Made by a program: the position numbers and the translations under genes | Shown: piece after piece, positions 27,771-35,214 of the stretch | How the letters are laid out: every line of letters starts with the position of its first letter | Position numbering within the stretch: position 1 is the stretch's first letter | Source: an uncultured Pseudomonadota bacterium | Lineage (GTDB): Bacteria > Oederibacteriota > Muellerivitia > Muellerivitales > Muellerivitaceae | Direction: 5' to 3' | Assembly: GCA_963843375.1 (NCBI GenBank) | Contig: CAWJKT010000019.1 | Span: 1 to 36,853 of the forward strand | DNA length: 36,853 nt | The notes under the pieces: generated by a model | Database searches by the model: none | What the model saw: the letters and a program-made list of their open reading frames with translations, nothing else | Told to the model about the DNA's origin: nothing

Positions 27771-28921
27771 GCTTCCAATTGGTTAGACAAATGGGAGCGG
27801 GGGTCCAGGGCCGTGTTGTTTTTCTGATTCTCCTGTTTCTTGGGGTGTCGGGATGTGGAACCGTTCCACCGCGCCATGAAGAGACTACGGTTCCTGATGG
27901 CGGCGGCGCCCTTCCAACACCTAATGCGCAGGCAAATGAAACCGTACTGCCTCCACCGGCCAGAACCTTTCCACCCGTTAAACCCGCTATGGTTCGCCTG
28001 CCGGTCGTGGTGATCTTTCCCCAAGGAGGCGGAGTCTTTCAACATATCGCCAACCTAATCAAAGGCGGGATCAAGCAAGCGGCACAGAAAACGGTTTTGA
28101 AATCCCGCATGAGGTCACTCTGGGCGAAGATGGAGTCGCCCATCCGCATGGACAACAACCTCTGGCTTTTAATCCGGCCAACCTCTTTGAGCGTCGGGAA
28201 GATGAGGACCGACCTGAAGCTACCCTCGACCCTTCACGCAGTTTTGGAAATGACCGCTTCGCCCGAAATCCTTTTCGGGCCCATGCCTTTAACCACCCCG
28301 GTGGAAATGCCCCCTCTTCAACCCTTCCAGCCTGGGCCGGGTATCTTTCAAGCGATGACTAATACCCACATCAATTATGAGGATGCCAACCGTTATTTTC
28401 GGGACCCCCGCATGGGTATTATCGGCAAAGTCCTGCCCGGCACGGGGGAGCGAAAGCTGACCATCGAAGGTATCCGGCTTTCCGGGTCGGGCGGCAAGGT
28501 GGTCGTCGAAGTAAAACTGCACTACAATCCTCTGATTGTTAATTTGACTGGCAATCCGGCGGACTTGACCCTTTATCTTCGGGGCACTCCCCGTTATCTT
28601 TTGAAACAGCGGGTGTTTGATTTGCCGGACCTGGAATACGACATCAAGTCCAACGATTTGATCCTTCAAGTCGCCGATTTTATTTTCAAATCGGATTTTA
28701 AGGACCAATTGCGCCGAATTGCCGTGGTCCCCGTCGGCTTAAAGATGGACATCCTCAAGGATAAAATGAGTAAAAAATTAAACCGGGCTTTGGACCGTTA
28801 TATCCATGTCCGGACCCAGGTGAATTCTTTCGAGGTATTGGACGGCTATGCGGACAACGAGGGGATTGAAGTGCGGGTGACCCTCAAGGGAACCGCAACC
28901 CTTGAAGTGATCTGGATGTAA
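27767..28921 (+). CDS. Putative lipoprotein, DUF4403-like
   Basis: Lipobox VSGC; beta-rich; clear paralog of 28960-30051. DUF4403 resemblance (LYLRGTP.Y..DLEYDIKS) is from recall only. Confidence 0.65.
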   Translation: MSFQLVRQMGAGVQGRVVFLILLFLGVSGCGTVPPRHEETTVPDGGGALPTPNAQANETVLPPPARTFPPVKPAMVRLPVVVIFPQGGGVFQHIANLIKGGIKQAAQKTVLKSRMRSLWAKMESPIRMDNNLWLLIRPTSLSVGKMRTDLKLPSTLHAVLEMTASPEILFGPMPLTTPVEMPPLQPFQPGPGIFQAMTNTHINYEDANRYFRDPRMGIIGKVLPGTGERKLTIEGIRLSGSGGKVVVEVKLHYNPLIVNLTGNPADLTLYLRGTPRYLLKQRVFDLPDLEYDIKSNDLILQVADFIFKSDFKDQLRRIAVVPVGLKMDILKDKMSKKLNRALDRYIHVRTQVNSFEVLDGYADNEGIEVRVTLKGTATLEVIWM

Positions 28922-28959
28922 AGAAAAACTTGGACGTGAAAAGCCAGCTCGATTTCCCC

Positions 28960-30051
28960 TTAATCCCATTTCACCTGCATGGTCGCGGCTCCCCTGATGG
29001 AAATCCTCGCTTCAATCCCATCGTTGTCGGCGAATCCGTCCAGCATTTTCAAGGAATTTACCTGGGTGCTGAGGCTGATATTGTGGCTCAAGGACTTGTT
29101 TAAAACGACATTCAATCTGGCTTTAAGGGAGTCCATTTTAGGGCCGACGGGGATTCGGGTGAACTTGCGCAGTTGATTTTTTAAATCCGAATCAAGAATC
29201 CAACGGGCGATTTTAACCATTAAATCATTGGACTTGATGTCGAAGTCCAGGTCCGGAAAATCAAACGCCCGTTGCTTGGAAAGAAACCGGGGCGTGCCCC
29301 CGAGGTAAAGAGTCATTCGGGCGGGCTTGCCGGTCAAATTGACGATCAAGGGATTGTAGTGCAGTTTCACTTCAACGATTACTTTTCCGCCTGAACCGTA
29401 TAGCCTGATCCCTTCGAGGGTGAGCTTTCGGTTTCCCGTACCCGGCAAAACCATACCGATCAGTTTCAGCCGTGGATCTTGTAAAAATCGATCGGCCTCT
29501 TCATAGGTAATGCGGGTATTGCTCATCGCTTGAAATATGCCCGGCCCCTGCTGAAAAGTCCGAAGCAGAGGCATGGCAACGGGAGAGATCAAGGGTTTGG
29601 GCCCGAAGAGGATCTCGGGCGAGGCGGTCATTTCCAAAACCACATGGGTCGTCGACGCCATTTTGAGGTCGGTTCTTATCTTTCCGATACTCATGGTTTC
29701 GGGCCGGACTAAAAGCCAAATTCCCTTATCCAAGAAAACAGGCGCCTCCATATCCGCCCAAAGGCCCTTCAGCTTGGACTTCAAAACAATCCCCTGCGCC
29801 AATTGTTTGATTCCGCCTTTGAAAAGATTGGCGATATTTTGGACGACACCGCCGCCACTGGGAAAGGTAATGACCACCGGCAGGCGAACCATGGAAGATT
29901 TTACCGGTGGAAAACTTGTCACTGGAGCCGGCAGTACCGTCACCTCGTGGATCGGGAGGGTGCTGCATCCCGCAGCCAAGAAAGGCGCGAGGATCAGAAA
30001 AAGGAAGGTCCTCCTTATCCGATTCAAGGGGCGCGGAGTAGTGGTGTTCAT
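28960..30051 (-). CDS. Putative lipoprotein, DUF4403-like, convergent paralog
   Basis: Lipobox AAGC; shares MVRLPVV, LEMTASPEILFGP, EVKLHYNPLIVNLTG with 27767-28921. ATG 30051 lies just after the NHL stop. Confidence 0.7.
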   Translation of the reverse strand: MNTTTPRPLNRIRRTFLFLILAPFLAAGCSTLPIHEVTVLPAPVTSFPPVKSSMVRLPVVITFPSGGGVVQNIANLFKGGIKQLAQGIVLKSKLKGLWADMEAPVFLDKGIWLLVRPETMSIGKIRTDLKMASTTHVVLEMTASPEILFGPKPLISPVAMPLLRTFQQGPGIFQAMSNTRITYEEADRFLQDPRLKLIGMVLPGTGNRKLTLEGIRLYGSGGKVIVEVKLHYNPLIVNLTGKPARMTLYLGGTPRFLSKQRAFDFPDLDFDIKSNDLMVKIARWILDSDLKNQLRKFTRIPVGPKMDSLKARLNVVLNKSLSHNISLSTQVNSLKMLDGFADNDGIEARISIRGAATMQVKWD

Positions 30052-30055
30052 TGGG

Positions 30056-31156
30056 TCAACGGATGGGATAGCCGTTCCCGTCATAAGGGGAAGGGCTTTC
30101 GGGAGTGGGGGTGGGATCATTCGGAAACCGGGGCGGAGCGGCGGCCACGGGCCGGATGCGTACCACCCAGTTGTTGGTGATATCTGTCAAGTAAATCCGG
30201 CTGAACCGGTCGCTAGTGATTCCGTGGAACCGTGGGCTGTTTTTCAATCCTGCCCAACGACGCCCTGCCTTCCACCGCCCCAGATACTCAAACTCGTCGT
30301 CGTCGCCATTATAAAAATCCACGTGATCTCCGTCAGCGATGGCGACTAGGCGAGTCGGAGTAATGGTGGCCCCGGCGGGTTCCTTGAATTGGTAAGGACC
30401 CTCGCCGTACCAGCCTTGTTGGGTGACAGGAACGGCGCGGTTGTCGAAAACCTCGAACCGGAAATTCCCCGTGTCGGCGATGATTCCTTGGTCGATATGG
30501 TTAACCGCCATTCCCATGGGATTATTGAATAGGTAATCGGCGTTTCCAAAGGAACCCCAAACGAAATGAAACTCACCCATGGGGCTGAATATTTGGACCC
30601 GGGAATTTCCCGAATCCAAAACCCAAATATTCCCGAAATGGTCCTTGGCGATGGTACGGGGCATGTTAAATTCACCGTTGCCTGTACCCTGGCTTCCCCA
30701 AGTCGTCACCGCCATTCCATTCGCGTCCAACACCACTACCCGGTGGTTGAGGGTATCCCCCACGTAAATTTGACCCGAGGGGTGGATGAGGATTCCACTG
30801 GGCTGGTTGAACTCGGGAGGGTCTTTCCAATCGGCCTTATCCCCGAAGGTTCCAATGGTTTTGAAGGTTTTACCGTCTGGAACCCAAACGACGATCCGGT
30901 TGTTTCCCGTGTCGGCAATATAAAGCGTGCCGTCGGGAGCGATTGATAGGGCTTCGGGATCCTTCAGACGGAGGATATCGGTTCCATCCGCGCGCCAAAT
31001 CTTGTCCAAAACATAAAAAGTGTTATTTTTAGGGGCGGGTGTTGTTATGAGAGTAATTGGGGGGGTGCCGGAGGAGTTCTGTGCTCCGTACAAGTCGGGT
31101 GTTAAGAAAATGGCCGCCATCAAAAAAAACCGCCGGAAATAATTATATCGAACCAT
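30056..31156 (-). CDS. Secreted NHL-repeat beta-propeller protein
   Basis: Repeats LYIADTGNNRI, IYVGDTLNHRV, IWVLDSGNSRVQ, IIADTGNFR. Confidence 0.92.
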   Translation of the reverse strand: MVRYNYFRRFFLMAAIFLTPDLYGAQNSSGTPPITLITTPAPKNNTFYVLDKIWRADGTDILRLKDPEALSIAPDGTLYIADTGNNRIVVWVPDGKTFKTIGTFGDKADWKDPPEFNQPSGILIHPSGQIYVGDTLNHRVVVLDANGMAVTTWGSQGTGNGEFNMPRTIAKDHFGNIWVLDSGNSRVQIFSPMGEFHFVWGSFGNADYLFNNPMGMAVNHIDQGIIADTGNFRFEVFDNRAVPVTQQGWYGEGPYQFKEPAGATITPTRLVAIADGDHVDFYNGDDDEFEYLGRWKAGRRWAGLKNSPRFHGITSDRFSRIYLTDITNNWVVRIRPVAAAPPRFPNDPTPTPESPSPYDGNGYPIR

Positions 31157-31204
31157 TTCAAAAACCTCTTTTAACCTCGGTCAATTGGCTTTCGATGTAT
31201 GGAC

Positions 31205-32440
31205 CTAATCCGTATCAGCGGTTTCGTAATGGAAAGGATGGCCTTGGTCGTCGAATATGTCGTAGGACCCGTCGCTTAATCTCAGGACTATTTGCTGAGG
31301 CCGGCCGTTGTTTGGGTCCGAAAATAGGACGCTAGTGACGCCCGAAGCCATATAGACCGGATTAAACGATGGTGGATTCGCTGTATCGGTCAAGTAGGCG
31401 TCCCCATCGCTTTGGACGATATTCACCGACCTATTTCCGTCCGGACTGTTATAAGCCAGTTCGCTGGACTGTTTTGGACCCGTCACAATCACTTGGTCGT
31501 CTGCGGAATTGGCGGGGATGTAGCCGTCATTGTTATAAACGTAAAGCTCGCCCACGTGATAGGGATCCTGCCACCACCAATAATTGTCGTTATAAAAATC
31601 CCAGCGGTTAAAACCGGTGTCATACCACCACCAACGGCCGTTATAATTGCGGGTCCAAAAAAACTGGTCGCTCATGTACCAGCCGTACCATTGAAATCCG
31701 GAATTGTCGATATAGTGGGCATAAGCGTAGTCAAAGCCGCTTCCCGAGTGCCAATAAACATGGTTCCGTTGGGTTTCATCGGCGCCTTCCCGGTTGATTT
31801 GCCGCATATAGTCCGGACGGCTGATAACGGCCATCTGATTGCGCACCACCGGGCTGTTAAACTCCCGGGGGGAAACCAAGGTTCCCTTGAAGGCTTCGCC
31901 TTGAGGGCCTGATTGGGGAAAATTGACGGTCGAATGGGCTCGGTCCGAAGAAACAATCTCGGAACGATCCGTAATATAGTTGGGTTCGGATTTCACGCCT
32001 ATTTTCAGTAATTTCTTGCGGATATAACCTTGCGTGTATGGATGATGATGGATGACGTTGGCCATCCGCATGCCAGAAGCTTGGTTCATACCGGGTTGCC
32101 GATCGGCCTGGGCTTCTAAAAGGGGTTGTTGAAAGGTTTGTGGCAATGTTTCTTGACGGCCCTGGGATGACTGATTCAAATGAATTTGACCTTCAGAGTG
32201 GCTCCAATGGGTTTGGCCGTAAGAAGGGTAGTTTTCCGAGTGGAAAGTGCCGACATCACCATAATGATTCATGTGAATCACCACCGAGTGTCCGGCTGAC
32301 CGGCTTGCGTGTCCGCTCGAGGATGAACGGCCCACACCGCCGCCCCGTGCACCCTCTCCTCTGCCAGGGCCTGTGGCTGCATAAACTGCCACACCGAGGA
32401 AAAAAATCGCCGTCCAACATAAAACCATGGTTCGTTTCAT
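31205..32440 (-). CDS. Secreted hypothetical protein with Gly/Ser/His-rich N-region and Trp/Tyr-rich core
   Basis: Signal peptide ending VYA; 411-aa ORF; QWYGWY..RWWWYD..YWWWQDP. Confidence 0.8.
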   Translation of the reverse strand: MKRTMVLCWTAIFFLGVAVYAATGPGRGEGARGGGVGRSSSSGHASRSAGHSVVIHMNHYGDVGTFHSENYPSYGQTHWSHSEGQIHLNQSSQGRQETLPQTFQQPLLEAQADRQPGMNQASGMRMANVIHHHPYTQGYIRKKLLKIGVKSEPNYITDRSEIVSSDRAHSTVNFPQSGPQGEAFKGTLVSPREFNSPVVRNQMAVISRPDYMRQINREGADETQRNHVYWHSGSGFDYAYAHYIDNSGFQWYGWYMSDQFFWTRNYNGRWWWYDTGFNRWDFYNDNYWWWQDPYHVGELYVYNNDGYIPANSADDQVIVTGPKQSSELAYNSPDGNRSVNIVQSDGDAYLTDTANPPSFNPVYMASGVTSVLFSDPNNGRPQQIVLRLSDGSYDIFDDQGHPFHYETADTD

Positions 32441-32487
32441 AGCGCTCGATTTTGAAAAATTTTTTGATGACCCATGGGTGGAAGTAA

Positions 32488-32503
32488 AGCAAGAAGTGAG
32501 CCC
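32488..32503 (-). promoter_or_regulatory. sigma54 -24/-12 promoter
   Basis: GGGCTCACTTCTTGCT, GG-N10-GC, 48 nt before ATG 32440. Confidence 0.7.
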
Positions 32504-32540
32504 GTAAAACCTTGGGGTATCCCGCCCTTCGCCAACCTTG

Positions 32541-32579
32541 GGACGATCAAAACAATAGCCCCTTCTCGTTTTGATATTC
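32541..32579. repeat. Upstream regulatory repeat, copy 1 (copy 2 at 33491-33530)
   Basis: GGACGATCAAAACAATAGCCC (21 bp identical), then TCTCGTTTTGATATTC versus TCTCATCTTGATATTC. Confidence 0.85.
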
Positions 32580-32635
32580 GGGCCTCTTCAAGGCCCAGGT
32601 GGTGTCTGTATCCATTGCCGGGACGAACCTCGTGA

Positions 32636-32673
32636 AAATAAAAACCCCGCTCTTCCAAAGGAAGGCGGGGTTG
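32636..32673 (-). terminator. Rho-independent terminator after the beta-barrel gene
   Basis: Minus strand AACCCCGCCTTCC-TTT-GGAAGAGCGGGGTT followed by a T-rich tract. Confidence 0.8.
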
Positions 32674-32693
32674 ACGGCTTGTTAAGTTTCAGC

Positions 32694-33380
32694 TTACAAC
32701 AGGAAACTCAGGCCTATTTGGATAGGGATCGAAATAATCGGGCTATCCGGCGTAGTGCCGTTAAGAGGAATAATGTTTTCGCCGCCCGCTCCCGTAGTGG
32801 AAGCAAAATCCAAGTCCAATTTGGCTTGGGCGAAAAGATTGAAGTCCTGAGCGACGTTGAAAGCGACGCCGATACCCGGATCCAACTCGAAATTTGTCCA
32901 GCTTTGGCTGGTGGAGAAAGGGTTTTGAGCGGAGTAATCAAAAGCCACACCGGCGCCTAAAACCACATAGGGCGTCACCGAACCACCAATAAAGTTATAT
33001 TGGGCCACTAATTCCAGGGGAATATGGTTAAGCCCTCCTACTCCTCCCCAAGCTCTGTTGGTAGCTGGGGTGGACCAGGTATCCAGACCGCTCTCCAAGC
33101 CCAAAGTGAAATCCCTCGTAAAAGCGTAGCCGATCATGCCCTCAAGGCTTAATCCAGCTGTCGTGTTTGAAGACAAACCATCGCTGGTCGGAATCGACAT
33201 CCCGCCCTGAGCCTGAACGACCCACTTTCCGCTATCCAAGTTGCTGGTGGTCGTGGTGCTGGATACTGTACTGCTAGAAGTCGTGCTGCTGGATGTCGTA
33301 CTTCCGGATTGATCCTCGGCGGCGAGCAAACTAGAAACCGTAAGCATTAATCCCACAGCCAAAGCTAAAGTCTTTCTCAT
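32694..33380 (-). CDS. Outer-membrane beta-barrel protein
   Basis: Signal peptide, Ser/Thr linker, IPLELVAQYNF..VTPYVVLGAGVAF, terminal PIQIGLSFLL strand. Confidence 0.85.
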   Translation of the reverse strand: MRKTLALAVGLMLTVSSLLAAEDQSGSTTSSSTTSSSTVSSTTTTSNLDSGKWVVQAQGGMSIPTSDGLSSNTTAGLSLEGMIGYAFTRDFTLGLESGLDTWSTPATNRAWGGVGGLNHIPLELVAQYNFIGGSVTPYVVLGAGVAFDYSAQNPFSTSQSWTNFELDPGIGVAFNVAQDFNLFAQAKLDLDFASTTGAGGENIIPLNGTTPDSPIISIPIQIGLSFLL

Positions 33381-33437
33381 TCTTTATCTCCTAAAAATTT
33401 TATTTCTTGTTCCCTCGGTGGGATCAGAAGAAGGTAA

Positions 33438-33453
33438 AGCAAGAACCGGGCCG
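33438..33453 (-). promoter_or_regulatory. sigma54 -24/-12 promoter
   Basis: CGGCCCGGTTCTTGCT, GG-N10-GC; shares TTCTTGCTTTAC with the 32488 promoter. Confidence 0.72.
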
Positions 33454-33490
33454 ATAAAGCCAATGTTAATTCCTTCCTCCGTCGCCGTCA

Positions 33491-33530
33491 GGACGATCAA
33501 AACAATAGCCCTATTCTCATCTTGATATTC
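33491..33530. repeat. Upstream regulatory repeat, copy 2
   Basis: Matches 32541-32579 and lies the same distance (38 nt) from its -24/-12 element. Confidence 0.85.
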
Positions 33531-33566
33531 AAGCCCTTCCAAAAGGACCGGAAAAAATTCAATTCT

Positions 33567-34100
33567 TCACACATAAGGCTGGCTCCATTTTTTGTCCCTG
33601 AAATGATGGCTGGGACAGATGTACTTGAACAGGTCATAAACCCGGTGGGCTTTCGTTTCCCAATCTTGGTCCCTGGTTCTGTCTTGCGAGAAGGCATAAC
33701 CGAAGATGGCGCTAAAATAATCCTCCGTTGCCTTTTCCCTTTGTTCGTTGGTTTCCCAGGCCTGGCGGATTTTCAACAACTCCCCCATATTCAGCCAATA
33801 ACCGCCGCACTCTGGACACTCATTCACCGTCACTTCCCTTTTCACGCTGAAAAAATGGCTCATCATGAAAATGCGATCGGCGCAGTGCGGGCAATGAAGG
33901 ATCCGGTTGATATCGGCCGGCACCACACCCTTTTTTTGAAGGTGCGCCAGAATTTCGCCGTCATACTCTTCAGGTTTGTCGATTTTTCCCATTTGAAAGT
34001 GATTCACCCAGAGGCCTCCACAACCGTCCTGACAGGCCTGCACATGAATGCTTCCGGTTTTAACATCAACAAGCATTTGACTACAAGCGGGGCATTTCAT
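33567..34100 (-). CDS. Double zinc-ribbon (zf-TFIIB-like) protein
   Basis: MKCPAC..CQDGCGGLW and CPHC..ECPECGGYWLNMGEL. Confidence 0.85.
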   Translation of the reverse strand: MKCPACSQMLVDVKTGSIHVQACQDGCGGLWVNHFQMGKIDKPEEYDGEILAHLQKKGVVPADINRILHCPHCADRIFMMSHFFSVKREVTVNECPECGGYWLNMGELLKIRQAWETNEQREKATEDYFSAIFGYAFSQDRTRDQDWETKAHRVYDLFKYICPSHHFRDKKWSQPYV

Positions 34101-34194
34101 ATCGTTTCCTTTCTGTTGATAAATTAGATTCTAACTTTTTTCAAATTTCTCTTTCCAACCATTTTTCCCAAGTCAAAAACCATCGAGGCCCCGC

Positions 34195-35214
34195 TCAGTC
34201 GGGGGTTTTCCATTCGTAAATCCTGTAGCCGTCGCTTTTAGCCACACCCTCGAACAGATTTCCCTTTCGGTCCACGAAAAGGGCATGGTCATGAGCCACT
34301 CCTAAGTTTTTGTCCGGAACTATGAGGTCGACGAGGGCATATTTTTTTTGGACTGAATCCTCTACGAAAACCGAATCGATGAAATCGCTGTTGCTCTTAT
34401 AACAGACGACTTGGTAATAGATTTTCCCAACTCTTTCGGCCAGGGGGGCCGTACCTTCGACGAAAGGTTGACCCATTAAGAAAAACTTCGCGTCCTTTTC
34501 CACCCGCGGATTGCCCTTGGCATCGTGTGTGACCCGGCTTTCGGCCCGGAAAACCGGAAGGACCTTTACATGGCCGTTCCAACGCGTCGGGCTAAAGGCG
34601 ACTGCCGCGAAGTTCTCAAAAAAACCATCCTTCACCCCTGAGCCGAGGTTGTCCAATAAGGAGTAGGTTCCGTCGTCATGGATGGCATAAATGCCACCGT
34701 TTTCCAGATAATAATCCGAATGGGGTTCGACTGGGTCCACTTCCTCTTTCTCACTTTTCACCTTTCCATTAGCCTGAAGGACCACTAGGCGGGCTCCGGG
34801 CTTGGACCGCAGTTCGAAGTTGTCCTTTTCCCTTTGTTCCAAAAGACTTTCCATGCGCTCCAACAGCAAAACTCTACCATCGCCTAGAGCCTCCATGGCC
34901 GCGAAGCCATAGAAATTCCTCAGCTTATCCAAAGGAGAGACTGTTTGAAGATAATGTCCATTGGAAGAGTAAAGGCCGAAGTCCAAGTCCGATTCGAGCC
35001 AATAACGGCCACGGTTATCCACCACCATCCACTCGACTCCTCCCGTGGAAACACCGGGATGAGAACCCTTGCACCAGGGGAGGGTTGCCAGCCTTTGGGG
35101 TTTGGAAAAAGACAAGGCTTCGGCCCGGACGGGGAAAAGGCCCAAGGCCATCCCGCTTAAAGCCAGACAGAAGGCGGTCCAAACAATAGGAAGGAGACGA
35201 GCGTGGTTAGGCAT
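34195..35214 (-). CDS. Secreted hypothetical protein
   Basis: 339-aa ORF with signal peptide ending AEA; overlaps the RND stop by 8 nt. Confidence 0.75.
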   Translation of the reverse strand: MPNHARLLPIVWTAFCLALSGMALGLFPVRAEALSFSKPQRLATLPWCKGSHPGVSTGGVEWMVVDNRGRYWLESDLDFGLYSSNGHYLQTVSPLDKLRNFYGFAAMEALGDGRVLLLERMESLLEQREKDNFELRSKPGARLVVLQANGKVKSEKEEVDPVEPHSDYYLENGGIYAIHDDGTYSLLDNLGSGVKDGFFENFAAVAFSPTRWNGHVKVLPVFRAESRVTHDAKGNPRVEKDAKFFLMGQPFVEGTAPLAERVGKIYYQVVCYKSNSDFIDSVFVEDSVQKKYALVDLIVPDKNLGVAHDHALFVDRKGNLFEGVAKSDGYRIYEWKTPD

